The notes under the pieces were generated by a model. That model searched no databases and had not been told where the DNA came from. It worked only from the letters and a program-made list of their open reading frames with translations. Shown here one piece after another: positions 1 to 13,104 of a DNA stretch of 64,000 nt (positions are counted from its first letter, which is position 1; each line of letters begins with the position of its first letter). This DNA is from Chrysomallon squamiferum (taxonomy: Eukaryota > Animalia > Mollusca), in contig CM022667.1 in NCBI GenBank assembly GCA_012295275.1, positions 434,001-498,000 of the forward strand, read 5' to 3'. Made by a program: the position numbers and the translations under genes.

Positions 1-329
1 AAAACCAAGCACTCACTAAGTCAAACAATTGATATGCTCCGAAGGATTTTCATTTTAGAGAAGTTTCTCTATATTTTCTAGCAGTTTTATCAAGGTGAAC
101 GTCATCTGTAAATGTCATATATTTCATATGTAGATACTCAAATATACTATTATTTTTTGTATTACTATTTATTTTATTTTTTCCCCTTTATATCCGAGAA
201 TTATGAAACAATGATGTTCTACAGATAGCTGAAGTTTGGTCTTGTTATAAAAGAAAGGACAAAAATAATTTAATATTATGTTCCTGAATATATGATCTTC
301 AGATCCAAATTTTCTAAATGGATAAATTG

Positions 330-3060
330 TGTTACTTCTGCTCTTCTGTAAGAGATTTTTTGGTAAAATTATTGAAATATGTGGTCCTAAATTCTTTGTC
401 AAACCTGTGATATTATTTCAGTGTTTGATATTCAAATCAAACATAGTGATCTAGATTACTTTTCCATTTAGAACAGAAAAGTATTAACCCTTTCAGATGG
501 ATTCTTATTGCAAGTATTTATCAGGTTTTAAAACTAAATAAGTTTATAAATTCATTTTATTTCATAATCCTCTTTTCTGTAATAGATTTATAATTTACTT
601 ATCGCAGTCTTATATCAGATCTGGTTGTAAAATGATTGAAGTATGTAGTTGTTTTCCTTATATTAATGTGAGTAAAACTGGTAGTTCCTAGCTTCGTCTT
701 CACACATTCCAGTTTATAGCTTCTACGATATCACTTTCCGACAGCTGTAATATTTACTTTTTTTATATTTTTTTTTATTTCAATCACATACGTATTCAAA
801 TCAAATAGTGATCTAAATTACTTTTCTATTCAGACCAGAAAGTAATAACTACTTCAGATGGCTACTTATTACAAGTATTTATCAGGTTTTAAAACTAAAT
901 AGTTTATAAATATCTTTTTATTTCTTAGGTCTTTTTTCTGTAATAGATTTACAATTTATTGCAAAATGGTTGTAGCATGTGGTCCTAAAAAGTTCCACAA
1001 AACATGCAAAATGATTTAATTTGATTTTCCTCTGTTGAATTTTGTAGATTATTATGGCACTGATTTTGATATAGACGTGGCTTAAATATTGTCAAATCTG
1101 GTTCTCTGCTAAAGATTTATTGTAAAATGATTCAAGTATGTAGTTCTTTTACTGATATTACAAGTATTTATCAGGTTTTAAAACTAAGTAGTTTATAAAT
1201 TCATTTTATTTCATAACCCTCTTTTCTGTAATAGATTTATAATTGATTGGAAACTGATTGTTGCATTTGGTCCTAAAATGTTCAACAAAACATGCAAAAT
1301 GATTTCATTTGATTTTCCTCTGTTGAATTTTGTAGATTATTGTGGAACTAATTTTGATATTTATGAAGATGAATGTGATGGCACTGATTTTGATATCATA
1401 GACATGGCTGTATATTGTCTGTAATAGCTTTATTCTAAAATCATTGAAGTGCATGGTTCTTTCACTTAAACTGATGTGAGTAAAACTGGTAGGTTTCAGC
1501 TGCTCCTATTACATCCTCTGATACTCTGGCCCAAGCAATGGTTCCTGTCTGTAATCTTCATTACTGTTCTTGTTTTTTTTTGTTTTTTTTCAATTTAATA
1601 AAATATATATCTTCCAATTAACATACAATATTATTTATTTTAATATTCTTTTATTGATATTTATAGATGGTTGTTGCACTGGTTTCAACATTAGAGGATA
1701 TGGATCATTTTTTGTTTTTACCGAGTTGCTCTTCTGTTATAGATTTATTGTGAAATAAAGTTGATTGTCCTAACACTGTCTCAGATCATGTAATTTGATA
1801 TTCCTCTATTTATTCAATCAGAAATTTCTGGGTCACTGTTTTCCAAATTAAAGTTTATGAATACATTTTATTTCTCAGTTTCTCTCTTCTGTGTTAGTTT
1901 TGTAATTTATATCGAAGTGATTGAAGTATGTGGTTCCAAAGAGTTGAAAGAAACATGAAATCATTTAATTTGAAATTCGCAGATTATTGTGGCACTGATG
2001 TCAATTAAATTCGACTTCTGCTCTTCTGTAATAGATATATTGCAAAATGATTGAAGTGTGTGGTTCTTTTACTTAGTAATGTGAATAAAACTGGAAGGTC
2101 TTGCATACATTGTTTGAATCTCTAGTTGAAACAATGGCTTCTATCTGTAATCATCTTTATGGGGTTTTTGGTTTTTTGGCTCTCTGTCATTTAAAATTTC
2201 AGTTATTATTCATGTGTAATATGTCTATCAATTCGATGGCATTCCTATCTTTGGTCAATCTTATTTCCAAATTAAAGTATATGAATTCATTTTATATCTC
2301 AGTTCTGTTTTTCTGTAATATAATCTTAAGGACATGGATATTGTTATCTGTTACAGATTTATTGTAAAATGATTGAAGTGCGTAGTTCTTTTACTTATAT
2401 TAATGTGAGTAAAACAGGTAATGCATAGCAACATCTTCCAACATTCCAGTTTATAGCTGCTCCAATGCACCATTCGATAGCTGTAATTTTTATATTTTTT
2501 CTTTTTTTAATTTCAATCACATGCATATTCAAATCAAACATAGTTATCTGAATTACTTTTCTGTTCAGTGCAAAAAAGTATTAACCCCTTCAGATGGCTT
2601 CTTATTGCAAGTATTTATCGTGTTTTAAAACTGAATAGTTTATAAATATCTTTTTATTTCTTAGGTCTTTTTCCTGTAATAGATTTACAATTTATTGCAA
2701 AATGGTTGTAGCATGTGGTCCTAAAAAGTTCCACAAAACATGCAAAATGATTTAATTTGATTTTCCTCTGTTGAATTTTGTAGATTATTATGGCACTGAT
2801 TTTTATATTATAGTTATGGCTGTATGTTGTCAAAACGAGTTCTCTGTTAAAGATTTATTGTAAAATGATTCAAGTATGTAGTTCTTTTACTTATATTAAT
2901 GTGAGTAAAACTGGTAATGCATAGCAACATCTTCAGACCTTCCAGTTTATAACTGCTCCCAGAGCATTTTCCAATGCATCATTCAATAGCTGTAATCTTT
3001 ACTTCGTTTTTGTTTTGCTTTCTTTTTTTTAATTTCAATCAGATGTATATGCAATCTATA
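330..3060. repeat. Degenerate array of locally duplicated blocks
   Basis: AAGTATTTATCAGGTTTTAAAACTAA recurs near 511, 873 and 1162, with a variant near 2609. TAATGTGAGTAAAACTGGT variants recur near 664, 1473, 2077, 2401 and 2897. Block 776-1160 is nearly identical to 2510-2890. Confidence 0.8.
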
Positions 3061-3588
3061 TGGTCCTATTTATTATTATTATTTTCCTATAATTGTCTTT
3101 TCGTTGTAATGAAAATACATGGATTCTATCAAGTTTAAAGCAAATATAGACATCTAAAAAGCTTAAACAAATATGAGCACAGGAATTCTTCATTGTAATT
3201 AAAATATACATCTTTTATCAGGTTTTAAAGCTAAGTAAAATGTCAGTTGTTGGAAGATCATGAAGGTAAAATTTTTTTTTTTTTTCGTTTATAGTTATTC
3301 CTTATCTAAGGACAAACTTGATCACTAGTGAATTTTGCATCGGAAAGAATCCACCCTCCAAGTATTTTCACTGTAATAAAAATACAAATCTTTTATCAAG
3401 CCTTAAATCTGAGTGAAACGATGTGTGTTGAAAAATCATAAATCTACAATATATTTCTTTTCAGTTTTTGTTATTCAAGTCTGTCATAGTCATCTGAATG
3501 ACATTTCTTTTGAATAGAATTTTTATAGTCAAAGAATTTATCTTTGGAAAAAGGTGATTTTTTGTTTCTTTCTTATTTTTTCTTTATT

Positions 3589-3634
<46 letters not shown>

Positions 3635-4828
3635 TATAAATAAATAAATAAATAAAATTATATGCATATGTATATATATTTATTTAAAAGTAAAAAAAAA
3701 TATTATTTTCTTAACACTCTTGAGTAATGTTAATATAAATGTCTTTGTTGTTTGTTTTTCTTACGGTTCAGAAAAATCTCTGTAATTTTATACTTGCAGA
3801 CATAGGCAGATAGCTTGGTTTTGGGTTTTATCGTTTACTCATTTCATAGGCTGTAGTTCTTTTAGTCTTGACTTTAATGAAACTAGATCATAATATTATC
3901 AAAATATAGGGTTTACCAGATCGGTATAAATGTTGAGCTTAAATTAGACTGTATCTTGTTTAATTTACACAGCTAGCTGAGTTTTATCAAGCTTTTAATA
4001 TAAAGTGTGCTAAATCTGAGACAAAAAAAAATCACCAAACGTATTTTTGTCTACTTGTAACTGGGAAATTTATGCACAATTATTTATTTGTTTGTTTATC
4101 TGGAGCAGGCAGGCATTACCAAGTTGTTTCATACCCAAATATGATCAAATAACTAGGAAAACAAATTTAAAGTGGCTACATACAAATTAAAACACTGAAT
4201 ACTGTCTACCAACAAGTTTTTTGTAAAATAAAAATACTACAAGATGGTAGATGTTCATTTGTTAAATGAGTACCAGGAAAGCTTCAACTATTTTTTTAAG
4301 TACATGCACCAATTTCTGAAAACACTACAATGATGTAACTATATTAGGCATTCAGATTTCCAGCTGAAGATCTCAAAAGGTTTTTAGTAATGAAGTTTTT
4401 CTTCATCTTTTTCATTCATTGTGTAGACAAATTAGACATACATTTAATTGTTACACTATTTTTGCTTTCACTGAGACACCATATTTATATATCTTCTTTT
4501 TTTTTTCCTTTTCTTCTGTTCCACTAATGTTGAGTTTATATAAATTCAGAACAAGTTGATTCTAAGCGTGAATTCAAAGCCCCCAGTCCAAGCCCCCAGT
4601 CCTGACATTATCTGGAATGATTCTGATTAGCAGTTCATTTCCATACTGATGTTTTCTTCTTCCTTTTCAGCTTCACTTTTTTATCTTTCGATTTTGAAAG
4701 AATATTTATTATTTTACTAACTTCAGTTACAAAATGTCAGTGTAAACATTATTTCTGTAATGATGATAATTATTTGTTACTTCATTATAAATGATGAAAT
4801 AAACTGAAAGCTTGAATAAGTAAATGTA

Positions 4829-4880
4829 AATAAAAAAACATTTATAAAGAGATACTGTTTTTCTTCTTTGTTGGTGTTTC
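4829..4880 (+). terminator. Candidate poly(A) site of an upstream plus-strand transcript
   Basis: AATAAA at 4829-4834 with a GU-rich tract at about 4856-4880. The T-over-A skew on the plus strand reverses near 5 kb. Confidence 0.25.
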
Positions 4881-5117
4881 ATTAGATGTATGTGTTTTCT
4901 ACAGATATTCTTTATACATCAACATATGGGTTTTAAGTAATAGAGAATCAATGTTTGCTAAAAATAAAGTGAATTTATAAACAAAAATGGAGGTTACTAC
5001 TCATAGTAGTATACCAGGCAAGGTAGTGTAAATATAACAGAGTGTGTGAGTGTGTGTGTGTAAGAAATTAATAATCTGATGAATTTATTTACATGTTCAA
5101 TAACATTGAATATATTT

Positions 5118-5159
5118 CTCACATCACAAACACAGATAAATACAAATGATAAATTTATT
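5118..5159 (-). terminator. Candidate CNBD1 polyadenylation site
   Basis: Minus-strand AATAAA at 5159-5154, followed about 20 nt later by the GU-rich element TCTGTGTTTGTGATGTG. Implies a 3' UTR of about 1 kb. Confidence 0.4.
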
Positions 5160-6175
5160 GCCAAATAGCAATAATATATTTCTTATAATTTATTACAAAT
5201 TCCATACAAATTATAAATATATATAAAAGTAAAAACAAATAACAGCAGCAGATAATGAAATATAAAGGTTTTTTTTAAATATATGTTCTATGTATAAAGA
5301 TAAATTAATAATGTTTTCATTAAAATTTCATTAAAAAAATAACTTAGCAACAACATGTTAATAAATCTATACAAGAAAAATGAAAAGTTTAAAAAAAAAA
5401 TAAAGTAAAAAAAAAAATGATAAAACATAAAGCAAATATATATATTCTAAATAAAAAAAATATATTTTTGTTTTCAAGATTTACAAACCATCATTAACTA
5501 TGGAAATAATAAATTTAAAAATATTTTCTCATAATTAAATAAAAAAAATAAAAAACTGAAATTTATTTACAGCAATATACCTGTATATACAATATCATCT
5601 AATAAACAGAAATTCACAAATACATAAAAATATGACAATGAATTAAAATAAATATCTATAATTAAAAATAACTGTAAAGCATGTTTATCAGATTCAGTTT
5701 TTAAACTTCATTTATACAATGTCATTAAATCACATTTTCAAGACTTTCTATCAATGTAAAATAAAATTCTTTGGAAATTTTTGTCTTTGAAATCAGAAGT
5801 TATTTAAATACAAAATATCTGATTTAAGGACTTCAATTTGATTTAAATAACTGCCCAACAATCCTCATAACTGAAATTTCATTCAACTGTTGACAATAAC
5901 ATACTCGAAGTAAGGTCATCATTTTAATTACTTCAGAACTAAAGAACAGCCTCTTCCAATAATAGACTCAGATAAACTTTTTCTATTCATTTATTTATAA
6001 TAACTGAAGATTCAGCAAAAAAGAAATTTAAAAACATTTCCTATCACAGTACTTTCTTCATAATAAAATAAGACTTCTTGATATTTTATATATATACTGT
6101 TATTACTCAGGCAGTTGAAATCACAAATAATTTTTAGAAATTTTTGTTTTTACTGTTTTGTATGTTTTTAGTTCA

Positions 6176-6304
6176 CTATTTAGCCCACTTTCCATAACCA
6201 GGACGTATGCCTCTAGCGTTGATGACCTCGAAGATGATGTTGTGCTTGAATTCATTCCATTCTCGCTTGAGTTCCTGCTGCATATACTCATCTTGTATTT
6301 CTTC
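6176..6304 (-). CDS. CNBD1: CNBD1 terminal exon (EEIQDEYMQQELKREWNEFKHNIIFEVINARGIRPGYGKWAK*)
   Basis: TGTTGCAG acceptor, 43 codons ending in TAG at 6178-6176. Confidence 0.85.
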   Translation of the reverse strand, partial: EEIQDEYMQQELKREWNEFKHNIIFEVINARGIRPGYGKWAK

Positions 6305-6361
6305 CTGCAACAGATGGTCCAGAATGAAAATAAATGTATTTTAAGTGTATGCATGTTATAA

Positions 6362-6401
<40 letters not shown>

Positions 6402-9400
6402 GGGATATATGGGTATATATAATACATATGTATATATATATGTAAAAAAAATATTAAAGATGATTTCTATACTGATTAAGTCTAACTTGGTAAAACCTTT
6501 TGTGTACTTTTTGCTATATATTAGCAGTCAGGGATTATTAAATGTGTGCCTTCCCACATACAGAAAAATACATCTTTGATACTGCAAATGGTGCTAATAG
6601 TTTAGGTGTTCTTGGCAATGTAAGGTCAAAATGAGTAAATCAGTTTTCTAATATTTCAGAAATATGAATAAAATATTTTAATTTCCTAATGTTTCAGAAA
6701 CTTTATATTACCTTAGTTAGATTACCCCATGTTTTTGTGTTTGACTGTTTAAACAGCTGTATAGTTACATCATCAAGTTCTGTAAAAAAAAAAATATATA
6801 TATATATATTAAAGTAATGGTTAATGTTTAAATAATGAAAATAAAAATTAAATGGTAATGAAACAAAACCAGTCATATCCTAACTGTTGACATCCATGAT
6901 AAAGCAAACATTATTAAAGAAAAAGGCAAAAACATTTCCAATTTAAATTATTTATTTATCAGGGTTTTTTTAGGGTTTTTTTTAGGGTTTTTTTAACTTG
7001 TGTAAATAAGAATTATTATTTTTAATATTATCATCATCATCATCATCAGTAGAACCACTGATTATTATTATTATTATTACAATTGTAATTATTAATTTAC
7101 CTATCATTATTATTACAATTACATAGAATAAACCTGACCTGCTACTATTGTATTAATTAAATATTTCTGTCTACATTGTTAATATTACTGTAATATAACA
7201 TTAATCTGAGCCTAGCTTTAAAAAAAAAATAATAATAACAAAATTAATATCTATAAACTATCATACCTTTTATTTTTTCTGGCTTTATAACACCTAACTC
7301 TATATCGGTTGCAGTGACAATAGAACATAAAATTGGCTCATCTTGTAAAACACTAATTTCCGCAAACGAATCTGATGTTTTGAGTTTTCCCATGACAACT
7401 TGCTTTGTTTTACGCTCCTGTATCAATCATAATTAAAAAAAACATATTAGTAATAAATTCTATTCAATTTAGCTTTAAATAATAATAATAATAATAATAA
7501 TAAAGACAACAACAACAATAACAATAATAATAAATAATAAATAAGACAAAAATGGCAACAGAAAAAAGGTACTGACTGAAGGAAAATAATTTTTTAACAA
7601 AGAAAGTAAAACATATTTTTTAAAATAAATTTATCTAAATATTTTAAATGTAAAAGGTTTTGGCTGAATAAAAAAAGATGTAAAGAAAAGCAAGAAATAG
7701 ATTTCAGAAACAATTATTGATAATATTTGGTTATAAGAAAAATATTCATAAAGAATTTAAGATAGAAGATGTTGACTGAATGAGAAAAATTAAATAACAA
7801 CACACAGATTTGTCATGAATTGTAATTTTAAAGAAGGAGATATATTTATTTTTGCTTTTATTTTTATTTGTTTAGTTTTTCATGGTTTACAATGAAGACA
7901 GTTTACAGTAGTGTATCTGTGCTATTATATACAGAAAGCTGAAATTCATTTTAAAATTATTGCTTTATCTGAAGACAGACATAAATATTTGCTACTAATA
8001 AAGTATAACAATTAAAATAAACTTTGATTTAAATGATATGTTTTTCACAGAAATATACAAAAGCTATAAAAGACTGAGGAAACATAAATCTTTTTTCAAT
8101 GATTTCCTCTGTTACGGTCCTTTTTTTCTATGGAAGTTTTCTGTGTAAAATGATGTCATAAAAGACAGCAGACTTTATTCTTATTTATATTGTGATACTT
8201 TGTTTTTAGTAAAGACTGGCAGTTGATTAGAAATACAAACATTTATAAAAACACAAAACTACAAAGAGAATCATTTATAAAATTATTTTATATAATTAAA
8301 AACTATATTATTTTTACTTGCTTCTTTATTTCTTTATTTATTTCTTTATTTATTAGCTAGTTACTTTTAAAAAATTAATTATTTAAAAGGACTAGTAACA
8401 AAGTAAGCCATAAAAATAATACTTATTAATATAAATTACATACTAGCGATATCAGTGATAATAATTTAACTTCATACAGACTGAGAGATAGCCTTGTATA
8501 GATGTAGATGGATGACAGTCAAGCTAAAATTTATAAAGGACAAAGGTGTCTCTGTATTTGTACTTATAGATAACTTGTCATGCATACATAAAAGCATATG
8601 TAGCATTATGTGTAGTTATAGATAAGTACAGGTTGAGAAGCCCATATTCATGATGCTTAGGAATGGAGTTTTTTTTCAGGTTTCAGAACTGTTAAGATTT
8701 TGAAATACAAGGAGATAATCTGAGAATATGATCTAAGACTAAATTTGAATTCCATTTATGTTACTATACAAATCTTATACAAATATTGTTTTGGATTTTT
8801 TTTTTTTTTTTTTTTAATAATTTTGTTGCATAAAATAAAGATTTTTACAGGCAAAACAATATGAAAAACTGTAAGATGTCATTATCTGGAAAAAGATTTA
8901 CGATTTCAGAGCTTTACAGATTTCTGAATTTTAGATAAGGGATCCTGAACATGTAATTAAGTCTAAAGGAAAATATGTGTGTTGTTTAAAATAAACACAA
9001 ATTTACCTTTTTTCCACTAGGTAAGGTGTGCATGACTTCAAGTTGTCTGAGTACATGACACTCTCCAGACTTGATGAAGGCAATAAATGGAGCTTTGTAG
9101 CCTTCTGAGGCCACCACTGAAACCAGATCAGAAAGAAACAATCACTATAAGCAAGAAAGAAAATCAAAAAACCAACTGTAAATTGTTTTTATTATTATTA
9201 TTGTAATTAATTAATAAAATGGTACACTTTACACCAAGTAAAGATTATGGAGTTTTGTAGATGTCACTTAAACCAGACCAGAAAGAAATTTAATTTAGAA
9301 GCAGGATGAAAAAAAAAAAGAAGAAGGTAATACTGCAATTAATCACTCAGTTAAATAGAACAGGTTTACATTCAATAAAGATTATGGAGAAGTGTAGCTT

Positions 9401-12400
9401 CAGATGCTACAAGTGAAACCAGAGCAAAAAGAAATTTAAATTATAAGCAAGACTTAAAATAAATATATATATATATATGTCACTGGAATTAATCACTCAG
9501 TTAAATAGTATATTTACATTCAGTAAAGAATAAGAAGTATTGTAATCTTTAAATTACCTCAACTGAAACCAATAAACTATTTCAGATAAATAATTTGATA
9601 GTCTTCAAGCAAGTAGACATATAATTAACTTCAGGTAAGCTCACCTGTGTTGGGTGGGTATTCTATCCACTCTATGAGGTTTGCCACTTGCATGACTGGT
9701 TGCCTAGGCCACATGGAATACTGTTCTCCTGACAGAACCAGGTTCAGCTTCTCTGTCTGCTCTCTTTGTTGTATTTGCTGGAAAGATAAACAATTAAAAA
9801 AAAAAAATAAAGATTTATTATAAAATTTATAATTTTAAAATCAAATACATTTTAAAAAAAAAAAATAAAAAATGGTCAAATTAACATTATTTTTTATCAA
9901 CACACCAGTGTATATTTTTAAAAAAAAAACATATTAAAGATAGTTTCTATATTGATTAAGTAAAACCTTTTGTGGACATTTTTCTACATATTAGCAGTAA
10001 GGGATTATTAAATGTATGCCTTCCCATATACAGAAGAAAACACATCTTTGGTACTGCAAATGGTGATAACAGTCTAGGTATTCTTGGCAATGAAAGGTCA
10101 AAATGGAATGAATACTGAGACATATCAATAAATGCTGTACACAAAATTGTATTAGCTTATTGAATTGTAAGATTTAATATGTATAAAAATTTCACTGAAA
10201 AAGTAAATAAAATAATTTATGGAATAATTAATAATAAAATTAATAATAATAATAATGATGATGATGAAATGTAAAAATAAATAAATAAAGATCAAAAATG
10301 TATAATGAAATAAAATCCTGTTAGGACTTTTTCATCACTCTGTGTAAAATGATGAGACATAATACAATACTTGATACCTCTATAACTCTGCTGTAATCAG
10401 AGGTGGAAATCTTGAGAAATTCACAGTTTGGTTCTTGAGTCTTCACACTGAACAGTCTGAAACAAATAAATTTAAATTTTTAATATATAATTAAGTACAT
10501 ACAACACAAAATTAAAAAAAGCAGTTGATATCTAAACTTAGAGTTTAAACTGTTATGAATCAATATATTTTCAAATACAAACTAAAATATAATATTTTTT
10601 AATATTATACCTGCTTGTGGGTTCTTGTTTTATATATATCAAATTTTTGTGTGTGTTCACCAACATGTGTGTGTGTGTGTGTGTGAATATTTTAAAATAT
10701 TTGTTCCTTGTGATTTAAATAATGGTCCAGGACTATCAATTTTCCAAAACATTCACCAACATTTTTAAATTAGTCTGGATTAGAATATTTTAAAAGTGAA
10801 TTTGTTTAAATCAAGATTTAAATAAGTTTGGTCTAGAGGAATAATATTTTTAAATGGACCAGTCTCCATATTTTTTAATATTTAAATTAGATTATAATAA
10901 GTTTAAATCTAGTGAATATAAGTTTAAATCTAGTGAATATAAGTTTAAATCTAGATTATAATAAATTTAAATCTAGATTATAATAAGTTTAAAACTAGAT
11001 TGTAATAACTTTAAATCTACATTATAATAAGTTTAAAACTAGATTGTAATAACTTTAAATCTACATTATAATAACTTTCATTTCTACAGTATGATAATTT
11101 TAAATCTAAATTATAATAATTTTAAATCTAAATTATAATAACTTTAAATCTAGATAACAATAATTTTAAATCCAGATAATAATAATTTTGTTAAATTGAT
11201 GTCTCAACTAAAATCGACCATTTAAAACAGTTTTTTTAGAAAGATAATTGAATGTATATTACACGTACATTTCCGAATGCGCTAGTGGGTTCAGGTGTGG
11301 GTGATCTCTGATGGGTGATGGGTGACACAGCATCTATCTGTTTTAAGTTGGAGGAGTTGAGGTAAGGATGAGACAGTGGCTGCACAGAGCCTTTCAGGAT
11401 CATGAACAAAGCATTGTTTCCAAACACTAAAAATATAATATATAATGATATTATACCTGCATACATACATACATATATTACATACAGATAGATAGATACA
11501 TACATACATACATATAATTATAGACATCCAGAGATATATATATATACGTATACATACAGGCATACTTACATACCTACATACATATATAGATATATATGCC
11601 AACATATACACATATAAACACACATACATACATATAAACACATTTATACATATACAAATATCCACACACATATAGTTTCATTTTCATTAATACCATTAAG
11701 ATAAAACTTGAAATATTCATAGGATGTTTATCAGTAATAAATATTTATAACATTTTGAAAATAATAATTACTTTTAATTCATTCTCAAAAATCAGTAAAT
11801 TGTTAACAATTAATATACATCTGTTTCACTGAGGCAGGATGTTTGTCTTTCTGTCTGTCTGTGTGTGTTTTGTGTGTGGACTGTGTGTTTGTGTGTACAC
11901 ATACATATATACATCTATCAATTTTTATTCACACTCACAAATCTATAACATAGAAACATTATTTCAATGTTTAGACTAAATTTCATCAATAATTCGTTAA
12001 ACCATTTATTTACAAACATGTATGTCTACACTGTAGCGATCTGAATAATGATGACTGTCAGTTTTAATTTACAAATTTGAACTGAGTACCTGTAAAATTG
12101 TTATCATTCCATATCTCAAGTTGAGCCACAACACACAGTTCTTTGAGTACATTTTCAGGTATGTGAGCAAAGAAAGGGAAGTTTTTCAGTATGGAGAACA
12201 TTTTGTCATTTTCTGATGGGGTCCTCTCAAAAGGGCTGGAAAATAAAATTGTATTTAACTGTTCAGATTGTGGAACCATTTTATTTTAATTATAAAATTA
12301 TTACTGTTATTGTCATTTTTAAATTTTAAAAAATTGTTGTTATGTTATTGTTGTTATAATTTTTTTTGTTTTTTTTTGTTATTGTTGCTGTTGTTTCTGT

Positions 12401-12691
12401 TGTTTTTGTTACCTATTTTTATTATTATCATAATCATTATTATCTTTATTTTTAATTACTGTTATATGAATTAATAAAGCTAAGCATAAATTTTTATTTA
12501 CTAATTTATGTCAGTGATTTATTTATGGATATTATTACCATCATTTACAATCATACAAGGTATTATCATTATCATTATATTTATAATCATCTTTATCATT
12601 ATCATCATCAACATCATCATATCATGTATTATTAACATAATTGTCATCATCCATAAAAATCACCATCATCATTATCATTGTCATTGTCATC

Positions 12692-12723
<32 letters not shown>

Positions 12724-13061
12724 CATTATCATTATCATCATTATTGTTATCATTATCATCAATGAATGTTAAGTATAAATTCCTATTTTACTATTTTCTC
12801 AGCAGTTTTCGCAGGGTTTTGATGAAGTTCGATCGTATCAAGGCTGGGTCTTCGTTTTTCCTTGTTTTCCGATACACAGACAGATAATCACTAATATTGT
12901 GTGACTCGAGTTTGTCCAAGTCACTTTTCACAGCAGTCTTTGTGTGTCCATCAACTTTGTGTGTGGGTCCTGACAAATATAAGATGTTTAAAAAAACAAA
13001 AACATGACAGTATTGTAATAGTGTTATCAAAGAATGTGTGTGGGTGTTTATCTAGATGTTA

Positions 13062-13104
<43 letters not shown>

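Noticed and set aside
6121-6399. ORFs 6121..6399 (-) and 6158..6361 (+)
   Set aside because: Alternative-frame or antisense shadows of the true terminal CNBD1 exon.
6955-6995. TTAGGG-like repeats
   Set aside because: Only three AGGG units separated by poly-T; not an interstitial telomere array.
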